This document shows, piece after piece, positions 30,345 to 39,972 of a stretch of DNA of 64,000 nucleotides. Under the pieces are notes generated by a model. It was not told the DNA's origin, searched no databases, and saw only the letters and a program-made list of their open reading frames with translations. The position numbers and the translations under genes were made by a program. The DNA is from a bacterium (GTDB taxonomy: Bacteria; Zhuqueibacterota; Zhuqueibacteria; Residuimicrobiales; Krinioviventaceae): assembly GCA_963693055.1 (NCBI GenBank), contig OY843751.1, forward strand, positions 288,001 through 352,000, in the 5' to 3' direction. Position 1 is the stretch's first letter, and each line of letters opens with the position of its first letter.

Positions 30345-31724
30345 ATGTTGTTACGACATACACCAAAGGAAATTACAGAGCGTAAAGCTTTGACAATAAA
30401 TCCGGCAAAAACCTGTCAGCCGGTCGGCGCCATGTATGCTGCGCTGGGCATTCACAAGTGTATGCCCCATAGTCATGGATCTCAGGGATGCTGCGCGTAT
30501 CATCGCAGTGCGTTGACCCGGCATTACAAGGAACCGGTTATGGCCGCTACCAGCTCCTTTACGGAAGGCTCTTCCGTTTTTGGCGGACAAGCGAACCTGG
30601 TACAAGCCATTGATAATATATTTACAATTTATGAACCTGACATTATCGCTGTTCATACCACCTGTTTATCAGAAACCATTGGTGATGATGTACAGCAGAT
30701 ATCGAAAAAAGCCATGGATGATGGCAAAGTACCGGAAGGAAAATTTGTAATCCATGCCAGTACACCGAGTTATGTGGGCTCGCATGTAACCGGTTATGCC
30801 AACATGACCAAAAGCATGGTAGATTATTTTTCTGAAAACGGCCAGCATTTTGACCAGATCAATATTGTGGCCGGTTGGATGGAGCCCAGTGATATGCGCG
30901 AGATCAAAAGGATTGCCAAAGACATGGGAGTGAAAATTGTCATGTTTCCGGATACATCGAACGTGATGGATGCCCCCATGACCGGTAAGCACGAGTTTTA
31001 TCCGCGCGGCGGGGTTACCATCCCCGAATTGAAAAGCACGGGCTGCAGCAAGCATACGCTGGCTTTGGGTTATTTTTCATCCGAGTCTGCTGCAAGATCA
31101 TTACGTAACAAATGCTCGGTACCCTTTGACGTGCTTGATCTGCCAATTGGTATTTCCGCAACAGACCGTTTTGTTGAAGCCATGAGCCTGACTGCCGAAG
31201 TTGACGTTCCTGAAGAAATGGCTGACGAGCGCGGTCGGCTGGTAGATATAATCTCGGATATGCACCAATACCTGTATGGCAAAAAGGTGGCGCTGTTTGG
31301 TGATCCTGATCATCTGATACCCTTGACCGAGTTTCTGCTCGATCTGGATATGCAGCCGGTCCACATTGTCAGTGGTACTCCCGGCAAGTATTTCGCCAAC
31401 CGTATGAACGAGTTGCTGGAAGACCGGGTAGATCATTATAATCTGTTGAATGGTAAAGGTGCCGATATGTTTTTGCTGCACCAGTGGATCAAGAACGAAC
31501 CGGTTGATCTGTTGATTGGCAATACCTATGGCAAGTACATCGCACACGATGAAGATATCCCCTTTATGCGGTATGGGTTCCCTATTCTTGATCGGGTTGG
31601 GCACAGTTATTTACCGAATGTAGGTTATGCCGGTGCTACCCAGTTTTTAATCAAGATGTTGGGTGTGCTAATGGACCGTCAGGACCGTGAGGCTACCGAA
31701 GTTGACATTGAACTGGTAATGTAG
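30345..31724 (+). CDS. nifK: Nitrogenase MoFe protein beta chain
   Basis: INPAKTCQP, HGSQGC, TTCLSETIGDD, TPSYVGSH, GFPILDR; short group II-type N-terminus. Confidence 0.97.
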   Translation: MLLRHTPKEITERKALTINPAKTCQPVGAMYAALGIHKCMPHSHGSQGCCAYHRSALTRHYKEPVMAATSSFTEGSSVFGGQANLVQAIDNIFTIYEPDIIAVHTTCLSETIGDDVQQISKKAMDDGKVPEGKFVIHASTPSYVGSHVTGYANMTKSMVDYFSENGQHFDQINIVAGWMEPSDMREIKRIAKDMGVKIVMFPDTSNVMDAPMTGKHEFYPRGGVTIPELKSTGCSKHTLALGYFSSESAARSLRNKCSVPFDVLDLPIGISATDRFVEAMSLTAEVDVPEEMADERGRLVDIISDMHQYLYGKKVALFGDPDHLIPLTEFLLDLDMQPVHIVSGTPGKYFANRMNELLEDRVDHYNLLNGKGADMFLLHQWIKNEPVDLLIGNTYGKYIAHDEDIPFMRYGFPILDRVGHSYLPNVGYAGATQFLIKMLGVLMDRQDREATEVDIELVM

Positions 31725-31749
31725 GTGATTCTAAAACGCTGGAGAGAAA

Positions 31750-32052
31750 ATGCAAAAACCTGAATATCATATATTTGTTTGTAACAGCTTTCGTATCAGC
31801 GGTGAACCGCAGGGTATTTGTAATAAAAAAGACGCGGCAAGTCTGCTGCAATTTATAGAGAATGAAATCCTGGATAGAGGTCTTGATGCCATGGTATCGA
31901 GCACGGGCTGTTTAAAAGTCTGTGAAAAAGGCCCAATCATGATTGTGTATCCTCAGGGCTGGTGGTATGGCGGCATAGATGAGGATAAAGTAGATGAAAT
32001 ACTAGATTCACTGGAAGAGGGTAAAGCGTGCAGTGAATATTTATTGGATTGA
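31750..32052 (+). CDS. Thioredoxin-like [2Fe-2S] ferredoxin (nif-associated)
   Basis: HIFVC-x12-C...TGCLKVCEKGP...VYP-x-GWWY, the Clostridium/Aquifex-type 2Fe-2S pattern. Confidence 0.9.
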   Translation: MQKPEYHIFVCNSFRISGEPQGICNKKDAASLLQFIENEILDRGLDAMVSSTGCLKVCEKGPIMIVYPQGWWYGGIDEDKVDEILDSLEEGKACSEYLLD

Positions 32053-32083
32053 TTGCTGTAGTAACTTTCAGAAAGGACATGAT

Positions 32084-32770
32084 ATGAGAACGCGACTGTA
32101 TATTATATTGATTTTTATTTTAATGCTGGCATTTTCATGCTCAAAAGATGACTCTGTTACTGAACCGGATATTCAAGGAGATTTTTCCTTAAAAACCTAT
32201 GCCTTGGAACGCAGTCCTAAAATCAACCGTACAGGTGCGGGATTGGATTTTGTCCATGATGGCGAATATGCAGATACTACCTATTTTGGAGACAGCACAC
32301 CGGAAGCGTTTGTTGCTGATGCTGTCTTTTATAATCTTATGGTCTATTTTGAGGATGAAAAAGGTGATACCCAGAGTGAAGGATCGCCCGCTATTCTACT
32401 TGCAGAAGAAGCACGGGCAATGCTGGCTGGAACAGGAATTGATTATTTCAATTCTTTTACCGAGATCACGTCTGCAATGCTTGACAGCCTGGCTTTTGAT
32501 ATTACTATTGATTTTAATTCATGCATCAATGACAGCGGATTTTATGACAAATCTCTGATCCTGGCGGCGTATGATGGATGTGTGATAGGCAACAAATTCC
32601 GCACACGTTTGCTAACCATTCCCACAGATCAGAGTGAAGAGGATTTACAACCTGTGTTTCTGGTACAAACCGTAGAGGGAAGCCTCGTCAAGTTTATGGT
32701 AAAACAATTCAAAGGTTCCGGAGAAAATAAGCAGAAAACCACGGTAATGTGGCAGTTGCTGGAATTATAA
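32084..32770 (+). CDS. Lipoprotein, probable HmuY-like ligand-capture protein
   Basis: LAFSC lipobox; C-terminal PVFLVQTVEGSLVKFMV...TTVMW resembles the HmuY-family terminal beta-strands; directly precedes a TonB receptor. Confidence 0.55.
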   Translation: MRTRLYIILIFILMLAFSCSKDDSVTEPDIQGDFSLKTYALERSPKINRTGAGLDFVHDGEYADTTYFGDSTPEAFVADAVFYNLMVYFEDEKGDTQSEGSPAILLAEEARAMLAGTGIDYFNSFTEITSAMLDSLAFDITIDFNSCINDSGFYDKSLILAAYDGCVIGNKFRTRLLTIPTDQSEEDLQPVFLVQTVEGSLVKFMVKQFKGSGENKQKTTVMWQLLEL

Positions 32771-32800
32771 TACTGAATTGGCAGATGAATGTAACAGGTT

Positions 32801-35068
32801 GTGTTGAAAATGATACGCAAATGTTTAATGTGGATATGGATTTTAGCATGGATTCCGGGCAGTTTGTTTGCCCGGTATATCCTGACCGGTAGGGTGTGCA
32901 AGAGCAGTACCGGTAAGGGTATTGAAAATGTACAGGTACTTTTTGACAGCACAGGTGTTGTTACCGATTCGTCCGGATATTTTAATCTGGATTGTAAAAC
33001 AGCCCTGTATCCTGTGGAATTGTGGATAAGGCATATTCAGTACAAACCTACTACGGTTATGGTGAATGGTCCGGATGCAGAGACATACATTGAACTGGAG
33101 CCTGCGGTATTACAGACGGATGATATAACTGTAATCGCCGAACAACCCATCCGTTTCAGCAGTACGGTTTCCGCAAGATCCATCAGCAAAAAAGAAATTG
33201 AGGCTATTGTGCCTTCCACCACATCAGAGGTGCTGATTCGGACGCCGGGGATTGTGGTAAAAGATCCGTACCAGTCTCCCATTGTGCTGCGAGGATTAAG
33301 CGGACAACGATTGTTGATTCTGCGCAACGGCAACCGTCGCTTTAGCAGCTATCCCGCCGGATTTATGTCTCATGTTGTCAATATATATGATCTTGAAAAA
33401 GTAGATGTGGAAAAAGGTCCCGCTTCGGTGACTTTGGGCGCCGGGGCCATTGCCGGTGTGATAAATTTGATTGATAAATCTCCGTTCAAACAAAAGGGTT
33501 TGAACGCGCGCGTAACCACTGGTTATGCATCGAACAATAATGAAAAAAATACACTGTATTGCGGGGGATGGAGTAACGGAACCTTTGCGCTAAAAGGCGC
33601 GTACCGGGACCGGAATGCCGGCGTGTATCACGATGCTGACGGCAGCAGGGCCGTGAACAGTTTTTACGGCGATAAAGACGTGTTCACGGCCGCGGGTCTG
33701 CATACAAACAGACAAGAGTTGCGTCTGTATGTCGAACTGCATCGTGGCGGCCCATGGGGAAAACCGGTGGGTTTCAGCGGTACCCGCTACCTGCATGTCA
33801 AAACCCTGGCGGAAAACAGTGATAATTATAGCATGCATTACGATTATTCTCCAGGTGGCGTATTGGAAAAACTCGCTTTTTCAGCGTATTACGCCAGAGA
33901 GAACAGAGACCAGCAAAAACTATATCTGAATGCCGGTACCAAAGCTCCCTCGTATCAGGAACTGACCCTATATTCTGATTCCTGGTATGGTGCCAAGGTT
34001 GCTCCCTTGTTCAGGCTGAATAAAGATATGACCCTGCAATATGGCGCCGAGTTTTACCGGTTCAGTATTTCATCTCCTGTGAATATAACGGATTATTATA
34101 ACGGATATTATTTTGAAAACCAGGTGAGCCGTAACGCACGTTCTTTAACATCAGGCAGTTTTGCGGAATTGAAATACAGGGCAGGAAGCCATTTGTCTTT
34201 GCAGGGAGGTGTTCGTTATGATCATACGGCTGTTTATGAAGGTGATGTATTCAGCTTGGAACAGGAGCTGGAACGCCGCACACAAACCGGCGCATTGAGT
34301 GGAGCTTTTGCAGCGCAATACTTACTGGGCACTTTTAGCCGAATAAAGATCAATTTGGCAAAAGCGTTTCGTATGCCTACACCGCAGGAAATGTTTAGCG
34401 ATACCTATACCGCAAACGGCATTCTTTATGGCAATCCCGAATTGATGCCGGAATACAGCCGTAATATTGATCTGGTTTATCTGTTCAGCCACCCTGCGTT
34501 TCGGTTCGAGGTCAGTCCGTTTTACTGGCTGCTGGACGATATGATAAGCAAGGAAATCGTGTACGATATGCCCGGTCTCAATTATGAATATGTCAACATT
34601 GGCAGGGCCGAGATCTATGGCGGCGAGGTTGAAATCAGAATCCAACTTGATGATGCCTTTTGGAACACAGACGATCTGCACTTTTCACTTGGAGCTGCTT
34701 ACACACACGGAACGGAAATTACAGAATATGACTCGGGCACACTGTATGAACCACTGGATTATATTCCGCCGTTTCATGTCAAGGCTGAACTGGGATATGG
34801 ATTTTCAATCTCGAAACGACTCACTGTGAACTCTATGCTGTCTGTGCAGCAGTACAGCCGGCAGGCCCGTTTACCGGATGATGCTTATGTAACACCCGAG
34901 TATGCATTGTTTTCGCTCATGCTTGGAGTGAAATATCGTCATCGTTATGGCAATTCGGTTGTGCGGCTGGTAGTGAATAATTTTATGAACACCCAATATT
35001 ACGCGTTTCAGTCTTTTGTGCCCGGTAAAGGCCGGGATGTGAGACTGTATTGCTCGCTGGCTATTTAA
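32801..35068 (+). CDS. TonB-dependent receptor (heme/cobalamin/metal-chelate type)
   Basis: N domain; plug TPGI...LRGLSG; VEKGPASVTLGAGAIAGVINLI; FRMP and NPEL (FRAP/NPNL-like); PGKGR terminal strand. Confidence 0.92.
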   Translation: MLKMIRKCLMWIWILAWIPGSLFARYILTGRVCKSSTGKGIENVQVLFDSTGVVTDSSGYFNLDCKTALYPVELWIRHIQYKPTTVMVNGPDAETYIELEPAVLQTDDITVIAEQPIRFSSTVSARSISKKEIEAIVPSTTSEVLIRTPGIVVKDPYQSPIVLRGLSGQRLLILRNGNRRFSSYPAGFMSHVVNIYDLEKVDVEKGPASVTLGAGAIAGVINLIDKSPFKQKGLNARVTTGYASNNNEKNTLYCGGWSNGTFALKGAYRDRNAGVYHDADGSRAVNSFYGDKDVFTAAGLHTNRQELRLYVELHRGGPWGKPVGFSGTRYLHVKTLAENSDNYSMHYDYSPGGVLEKLAFSAYYARENRDQQKLYLNAGTKAPSYQELTLYSDSWYGAKVAPLFRLNKDMTLQYGAEFYRFSISSPVNITDYYNGYYFENQVSRNARSLTSGSFAELKYRAGSHLSLQGGVRYDHTAVYEGDVFSLEQELERRTQTGALSGAFAAQYLLGTFSRIKINLAKAFRMPTPQEMFSDTYTANGILYGNPELMPEYSRNIDLVYLFSHPAFRFEVSPFYWLLDDMISKEIVYDMPGLNYEYVNIGRAEIYGGEVEIRIQLDDAFWNTDDLHFSLGAAYTHGTEITEYDSGTLYEPLDYIPPFHVKAELGYGFSISKRLTVNSMLSVQQYSRQARLPDDAYVTPEYALFSLMLGVKYRHRYGNSVVRLVVNNFMNTQYYAFQSFVPGKGRDVRLYCSLAI

Positions 35069-35069
35069 T

Positions 35070-36125
35070 ATGGAAACGAATATGAAAGATACGGCATTAC
35101 AATATACGGAAATGGTGCGGCGTCAGTACCGGATTGCTTGGGTCATGGCCTTGCTGCTTGCGGCAGGTATCTTGCTTGCCCTGCATGTGGGACCGGTAAA
35201 ATTATCGATTTTGTCTTTATTTATAAACTCTGATACGAGCGCCTGGCGGGTGCTCGTGTCAATCAGAATGCCGCGTATTATGGCAGCGGTTTTGGCCGGC
35301 GCCGGATTATCCATAAGCGGTCTGTCAATGCAGAACGTGCTTCGAAATCCGCTGGCTTCTCCCTTTACGTTGGGTATATCCGGCGCGGCTGCTTTTGGTG
35401 CGGCCTTTTCGGTTATGACTTCCGGGATGCTGGGCAGTCTTGTTGCCTGGGACCCGGGTTCTTATAAATTTATTACGCCTCTGCTTTCAGGCTTTTCAGC
35501 ATTTGTGTGCAGCATGATTTCCGTATTGATCATTATCACGGTGATGAAGCATCGCGGCAGTCGTCCTTCTATTATTGTATTGGCGGGTATTATGACCAGC
35601 AGCCTGTTCAGTGCATTGACCTCGGCTTTGCAGTATTTTGCAAATGACCGTCAACTGGCTGAAATCATATTCTGGACATTTGGCGATCCGGGGCGGGCCA
35701 CGTATCCCATGCTGGTGGTACAGGCATTGATCATTCTGCCGATTCTGATCTGGATGGTGCGGCACACCTGGGATTTTACCCTGCTGCAATCCGGTGATGA
35801 TTCCGCCAAAGCTGGTGGATTGGAGCCTGCACGGTTTCGTCTGCGTGTTTTGCTGTTAGCGTCGCTTATGACGTCCATGATCGTTTCCGGATATGGCATT
35901 ATCAGTTTTGTTGGGCTTTTGGCCCCTCACTTTTGCCGTTACTTTTTTAAAAGCCAGACCATGCTGGTTACGGCATGTGCGGTGTTTGGCGGATTGTTTC
36001 TGTTATTGTCCGATACCTTGGCGCGTTTTGTTTTACAGCCGGTAATATTGCCAGTCGGCATTGTGACCGCGTTTTTTGGCGCTCCGTTTTTTATCATTAT
36101 GCTCATCAGGAACAAAGGACTATAG
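35070..36125 (+). CDS. FecCD/BtuC-family ABC permease
   Basis: IRMPRI, MQNVLRNPLASPFTLGIS, GIISFVGLLAPH, LPVGIVTAFFGAPFF. Confidence 0.95.
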   Translation: METNMKDTALQYTEMVRRQYRIAWVMALLLAAGILLALHVGPVKLSILSLFINSDTSAWRVLVSIRMPRIMAAVLAGAGLSISGLSMQNVLRNPLASPFTLGISGAAAFGAAFSVMTSGMLGSLVAWDPGSYKFITPLLSGFSAFVCSMISVLIIITVMKHRGSRPSIIVLAGIMTSSLFSALTSALQYFANDRQLAEIIFWTFGDPGRATYPMLVVQALIILPILIWMVRHTWDFTLLQSGDDSAKAGGLEPARFRLRVLLLASLMTSMIVSGYGIISFVGLLAPHFCRYFFKSQTMLVTACAVFGGLFLLLSDTLARFVLQPVILPVGIVTAFFGAPFFIIMLIRNKGL

Positions 36126-36127
36126 AT

Positions 36128-36901
36128 ATGATACACGTGAGCAAACTCGATTTTGGATATACCGAAAATCCGGTATTGCAGGATATTTCGTTTAGAGTAG
36201 CTGCCGGAAATCTGTGTGGTATTTTGGGCGCAAACGGATCTGGCAAGACCACGCTGTTAAAGTGTATGCACGGTATTTTGCCGGTAATATCCGGTAATGT
36301 TCAGATCTGCGGCAAGACAATGCATAAAATGGGTGCGCGGAAACGGGCTGCCATTGCCGCCTATGTTCCGCAGGACACCAAACAGTTTGGCACCGGCACC
36401 GTGTTTGAGACCGTATTGCTGGGCCGTAAACCCCATTTTGGATCGAATCCTTCTTGTAAGGATATCGACATAGTTTCTCAGGTACTTGCTGAACTGGAAC
36501 TTGAAGATATGGCCATGCGTCCGGTACAGACGCTGAGCGGCGGACAACGGCAGCGTGTCTGTATTGCCAAAGCGCTGAGTCAGCAAACCCCGGTGATTAT
36601 TATGGACGAACCCACTGCCAATCTGGATTTGAAATACAAGATAGAGGTAATGAATATTCTCAGCCGCCTTGCTGAAAAAGGAAAAACCATTGTCATCAGT
36701 GTGCACGACATTTCCATCGCCTATGCCTATTGTACCGAGCTGGTACTGTTGAAATCGGGTAAAATGATAGACAAGGGCGGCAAAGAGGTACTGAGTATTT
36801 CCAATATTGAAAAGCTCTATGATGTAGACTATAACGACGTTTTACCGCTGGTAGAGACCATGCCCGGTGTTGCAAATTTTTCAGAAATTGTGTGTAATTG
36901 A
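36128..36901 (+). CDS. FecE/BtuD-family ABC ATPase
   Basis: GANGSGKT, YVPQ, LSGGQRQ, IMDEPT, SVHD; the ATG at 36128 directly follows the permease stop. Confidence 0.95.
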   Translation: MIHVSKLDFGYTENPVLQDISFRVAAGNLCGILGANGSGKTTLLKCMHGILPVISGNVQICGKTMHKMGARKRAAIAAYVPQDTKQFGTGTVFETVLLGRKPHFGSNPSCKDIDIVSQVLAELELEDMAMRPVQTLSGGQRQRVCIAKALSQQTPVIIMDEPTANLDLKYKIEVMNILSRLAEKGKTIVISVHDISIAYAYCTELVLLKSGKMIDKGGKEVLSISNIEKLYDVDYNDVLPLVETMPGVANFSEIVCN

Positions 36902-36903
36902 GT

Positions 36904-37956
36904 ATGAATCGATTAATAAAATATACTGCTTTTAAAATGCTTGCTGTTCTCCTGCTATTGGGGAGCAGTGCATACTCTGCGGAATCTGTCATAACAGATA
37001 TGCGTGGTCGTACAGTTACTGTCCCGGAGAAGGTGGACCGTATTGCCTGTATTGGCAGAGGGGCGTTACGCATGGTTTGTTATATGCATGTAGCGGAAAA
37101 GGTAGTGGGTGTGGAATTCCCGGAGCGTAAAAAGACCGAGCATGCGCGTCCCTATTTGCTGGCGTATCCGTATTTGAAACAACTGCCATCCATTGGTATG
37201 GGCGCCAAGGGGGATCCCGAGTTATTGCTACAGGCCGCGCCACAGGTTATTTTTTTCGCGGATGGGAGTCCCCAGGCTGTTAACACCTTGCAGGACAAGA
37301 CCGGTATTCCGGTCATCAATATTACTTGCGGGGATCTGTATGATCGTCGTCAGGATTTTGACGATTGTTTGCGTCTGATAGCAGATATCCTCGACCGGCA
37401 GGACCGGTGCGACAGCCTCATTCAATTTGTAGATGATCAGATTGCCGAATTGGCTGCAATTGCGGAGCAAAATCAGTTAAAGGATGTATCCGCTTACATT
37501 GGCGGATTGATATTCAAGGGCCGGCAGGGCATTACCTCCACACAAGCCGCTTTTACGCCGTTTCAATTGCTGGGCATTGAAAATGTTGCGAGCGGCTTGC
37601 AGGCAAAATCCACCAATCCCGTCAACATCAATATCGAACAGTTGGCATTATGGTCCCCGGATGTGATATGTATTGACAAGGCCTGCAAAGCTCAGGTGCA
37701 AAAGGACTTGAAAGTCTATAGTTTTTTGGGTGGATTTGAAAATATGTATGAACTGTATCCCACACGGCTGTATGGAGAAAATTACGAGACGGTTCTGGTG
37801 AACGCGTTTTATCTTGCTTATGCTTTTACTGACCGGTCTATTGTCGAGTTTGAGGCCAAAACGGAAATCCTTTATGAGCGATTTTTGACACCCGGTGTAA
37901 TGGATAAAGTACGGTCAGTCTATGGCCTGCCGGGACCCTTCAGCGCGGGGGAGTAG
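36904..37956 (+). CDS. Class III (helical-backbone) periplasmic metal-chelate binding protein
   Basis: ITDMRGRTVTVPEKVDRI, VVGVE, RPY...LPSIG, PELLL...PQVI, NIEQLALWSPDVI. Confidence 0.9.
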   Translation: MNRLIKYTAFKMLAVLLLLGSSAYSAESVITDMRGRTVTVPEKVDRIACIGRGALRMVCYMHVAEKVVGVEFPERKKTEHARPYLLAYPYLKQLPSIGMGAKGDPELLLQAAPQVIFFADGSPQAVNTLQDKTGIPVINITCGDLYDRRQDFDDCLRLIADILDRQDRCDSLIQFVDDQIAELAAIAEQNQLKDVSAYIGGLIFKGRQGITSTQAAFTPFQLLGIENVASGLQAKSTNPVNINIEQLALWSPDVICIDKACKAQVQKDLKVYSFLGGFENMYELYPTRLYGENYETVLVNAFYLAYAFTDRSIVEFEAKTEILYERFLTPGVMDKVRSVYGLPGPFSAGE

Positions 37957-38113
37957 AGCAGCTAGTCATTTCCGAGATTTTTATTGATTCCTAAATACAA
38001 ATTGTTAATTTGAGAATACCGTATAGGTGTTTTCTGTTTATTCTGGTATGAACGGTTCAAGAACAGTTAATAACTGGCAATTTGTAGTAATCCAAAATCG
38101 GGAGTGAATTTTG

Positions 38114-39175
38114 ATGAAAAAGACAATAGCCAATCTTTGCTTGATTTTATCAATCCTGTTCGTCCTTGTTTCCTGCCAATCCTCTCCAAACGCAAAATCG
38201 GAACATGTTTCCCTGGTGCAAAATGAATCTCAGAACAAGCTGGATATTTTCATCGACGGAAAATATTTTACTTCCTACATGTATGCGGACACGATATTGA
38301 AAAAGCCGGTTCTGTTTCCGCTGCTGACCGCGAGCGGAATACGCATAACCCGTGGGTATCCTTTGGCAACCAATCCCGGTGAGCGCATGGACCATCCCCA
38401 TCATTACGGATTGTGGTTCAATCATGGTGATGTGAACGGTGTGGATTTTTGGAACAGCGGGGTCATACCCAAAAAGCCCGGTGCGCTATACGGCAAGATC
38501 CATCATGTGAAATTTTTAACGATAGAATCCGGAGATGCCGGAACACTGGAGGTGACAAAGAAATGGATCAGTGACGCGGGAGAGCATTTTATTGATGAGC
38601 AAACACGTTATACGTTCAATGGAGATGAAAACACGCGCATCATAACGCATTTGACCACCCTTACCGCTCCCAATGGCGATGTGCTGTTTCAGGATTCCAA
38701 ACAGGGCACCTTTGCCATGCGGGTAAGACGCGAGTTAGAGATCCCCTCTAATAGTCCCACACTTCTTTTTGACAAGAACCTGCAGCCGGCGGATAGCGCG
38801 GTCGTGGATAAAAAAGGCGTGACCGGACAGTATTTGAACAGCAATGGATTGCAGGGGTATCCGGAGGTTTGGGGCAAACGCGCCAAGTGGATGCGGCTTT
38901 CTGGTTATGTAGAGAATGACAGTATATCCATCTGTATCTTTGCTCATCCCAACAATATCAACTATCCCCCGCATTGGATGGCCCGGGATTATGGATTGTA
39001 TGGTGTGAATCCCATGGGCAGCAACATTTATACAAATGGCGCTGAGCAATTTAATTTTGTTCTTGAAAAAGGCAAATCCGTTACATTCAAGAACCAGGTT
39101 GTAATTTTTAATAGCACCTTGCCAACACCGGCTCGCATTGACGCATTGTACAAGAAATTTATAACCAGCAATTAG
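38114..39175 (+). CDS. Lipoprotein of the DUF6807/'PmoA'-like supersandwich family
   Basis: LVSC lipobox; KPVLFPL, DHPHHYGLWF, DFWN, WMARDYGL motifs. Confidence 0.8.
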   Translation: MKKTIANLCLILSILFVLVSCQSSPNAKSEHVSLVQNESQNKLDIFIDGKYFTSYMYADTILKKPVLFPLLTASGIRITRGYPLATNPGERMDHPHHYGLWFNHGDVNGVDFWNSGVIPKKPGALYGKIHHVKFLTIESGDAGTLEVTKKWISDAGEHFIDEQTRYTFNGDENTRIITHLTTLTAPNGDVLFQDSKQGTFAMRVRRELEIPSNSPTLLFDKNLQPADSAVVDKKGVTGQYLNSNGLQGYPEVWGKRAKWMRLSGYVENDSISICIFAHPNNINYPPHWMARDYGLYGVNPMGSNIYTNGAEQFNFVLEKGKSVTFKNQVVIFNSTLPTPARIDALYKKFITSN

Positions 39176-39195
39176 ATTATGAAAAGGCATTATGT

Positions 39196-39870
39196 TTAAT
39201 CCTTGTTCCAAGGCTCCGGCCCTGTAGTAAAAGAATTTATTTTTTACTCGAGGTCAAAAATCTAAAATCTTGTTCATAATCCCAGATTGCGTCCCTATGG
39301 GACGCGAAAGGTTTGGAGACCGGATGCTACAAATATTTGGCCCCTGACGGGGCCTATAAATGCTAAATCGGCACTCACAAATTCGTAAATAGGTCGTATT
39401 GCAATTATCCCGTTAGGGATAAAATATTTGTAGAAAATTAAAAAAAAATGTATTCGCATGCCGTCAGGTATGCAATATTTTTATCATGAAAGAGATGCTC
39501 ACCGTCACAATCCGTAAAGTGGTTTAATCTGCGTTCATCTGTGGTTCATTTTATTATTACGATATTTAAATCTTGTTCCATATTTGTACTTTTTACACTG
39601 CGTCGGCCCTTCGATACATCCCGATCCGCTAACTGGCGGACGGGACACTCAGGGACCGACTTTACGCTTGGCGGTTTGAACCCTCGTTCCAGGGCTCCGG
39701 CCTTGGAACGATAATATGTATAAAATTGAACCACGAAGAAAAGAAGGACACGAAGGGATAAAAATTCGTCTGCGACGGACAAACGAAATAAATTTCGTTC
39801 TACTGGCTCGCTAAAACTCGGGGACTGATCCGATAAATGGTTATATTTGCGTTCATCTGTGGTTCATTTC
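39196..39870. repeat. Mosaic of REP-like short palindromic elements
   Basis: GCGTCCCtatGGGACGC, GGCCCCtgacGGGGCC, TTATCCCgttaGGGATAA and GCATGCCgtcaGGTATGC with CTACAAATATTT flanks; direct repeat TGCGTTCATCTGTGGTTCATTT near 39530 and 39848; further palindromes. Confidence 0.75.
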
Positions 39871-39972
39871 AAGTATGCGCCAATCCACATCTTGCCAAGC
39901 CTGAAAGATATTGCGCTTGCTTTATTGCCATCAATTTGCTATTCTTGTATAACATAACCTGATCGGGAGGAG

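Noticed and set aside
28671-31724. Alternative (V/Fe) nitrogenase, NifEN or Nif-like (group IV) assignment
   Set aside because: No vnfG/anfG between D and K; His442-, Gln191- and His195-equivalent motifs and the group II insertion indicate a true NifDK.
32053-32800. Cobalamin riboswitch or Fur box ahead of the TonB/ABC genes
   Set aside because: The spacers are only about 30-40 nt and no such motif is visible.
35975-36127. 51-aa N-terminal extension of the ABC ATPase
   Set aside because: It overlaps the permease; the ATG at 36128 fits the family start.
38114-39175. Methane monooxygenase (from the 'PmoA' family name)
   Set aside because: It is a soluble lipoprotein with no pmoCAB context; the family name is misleading.
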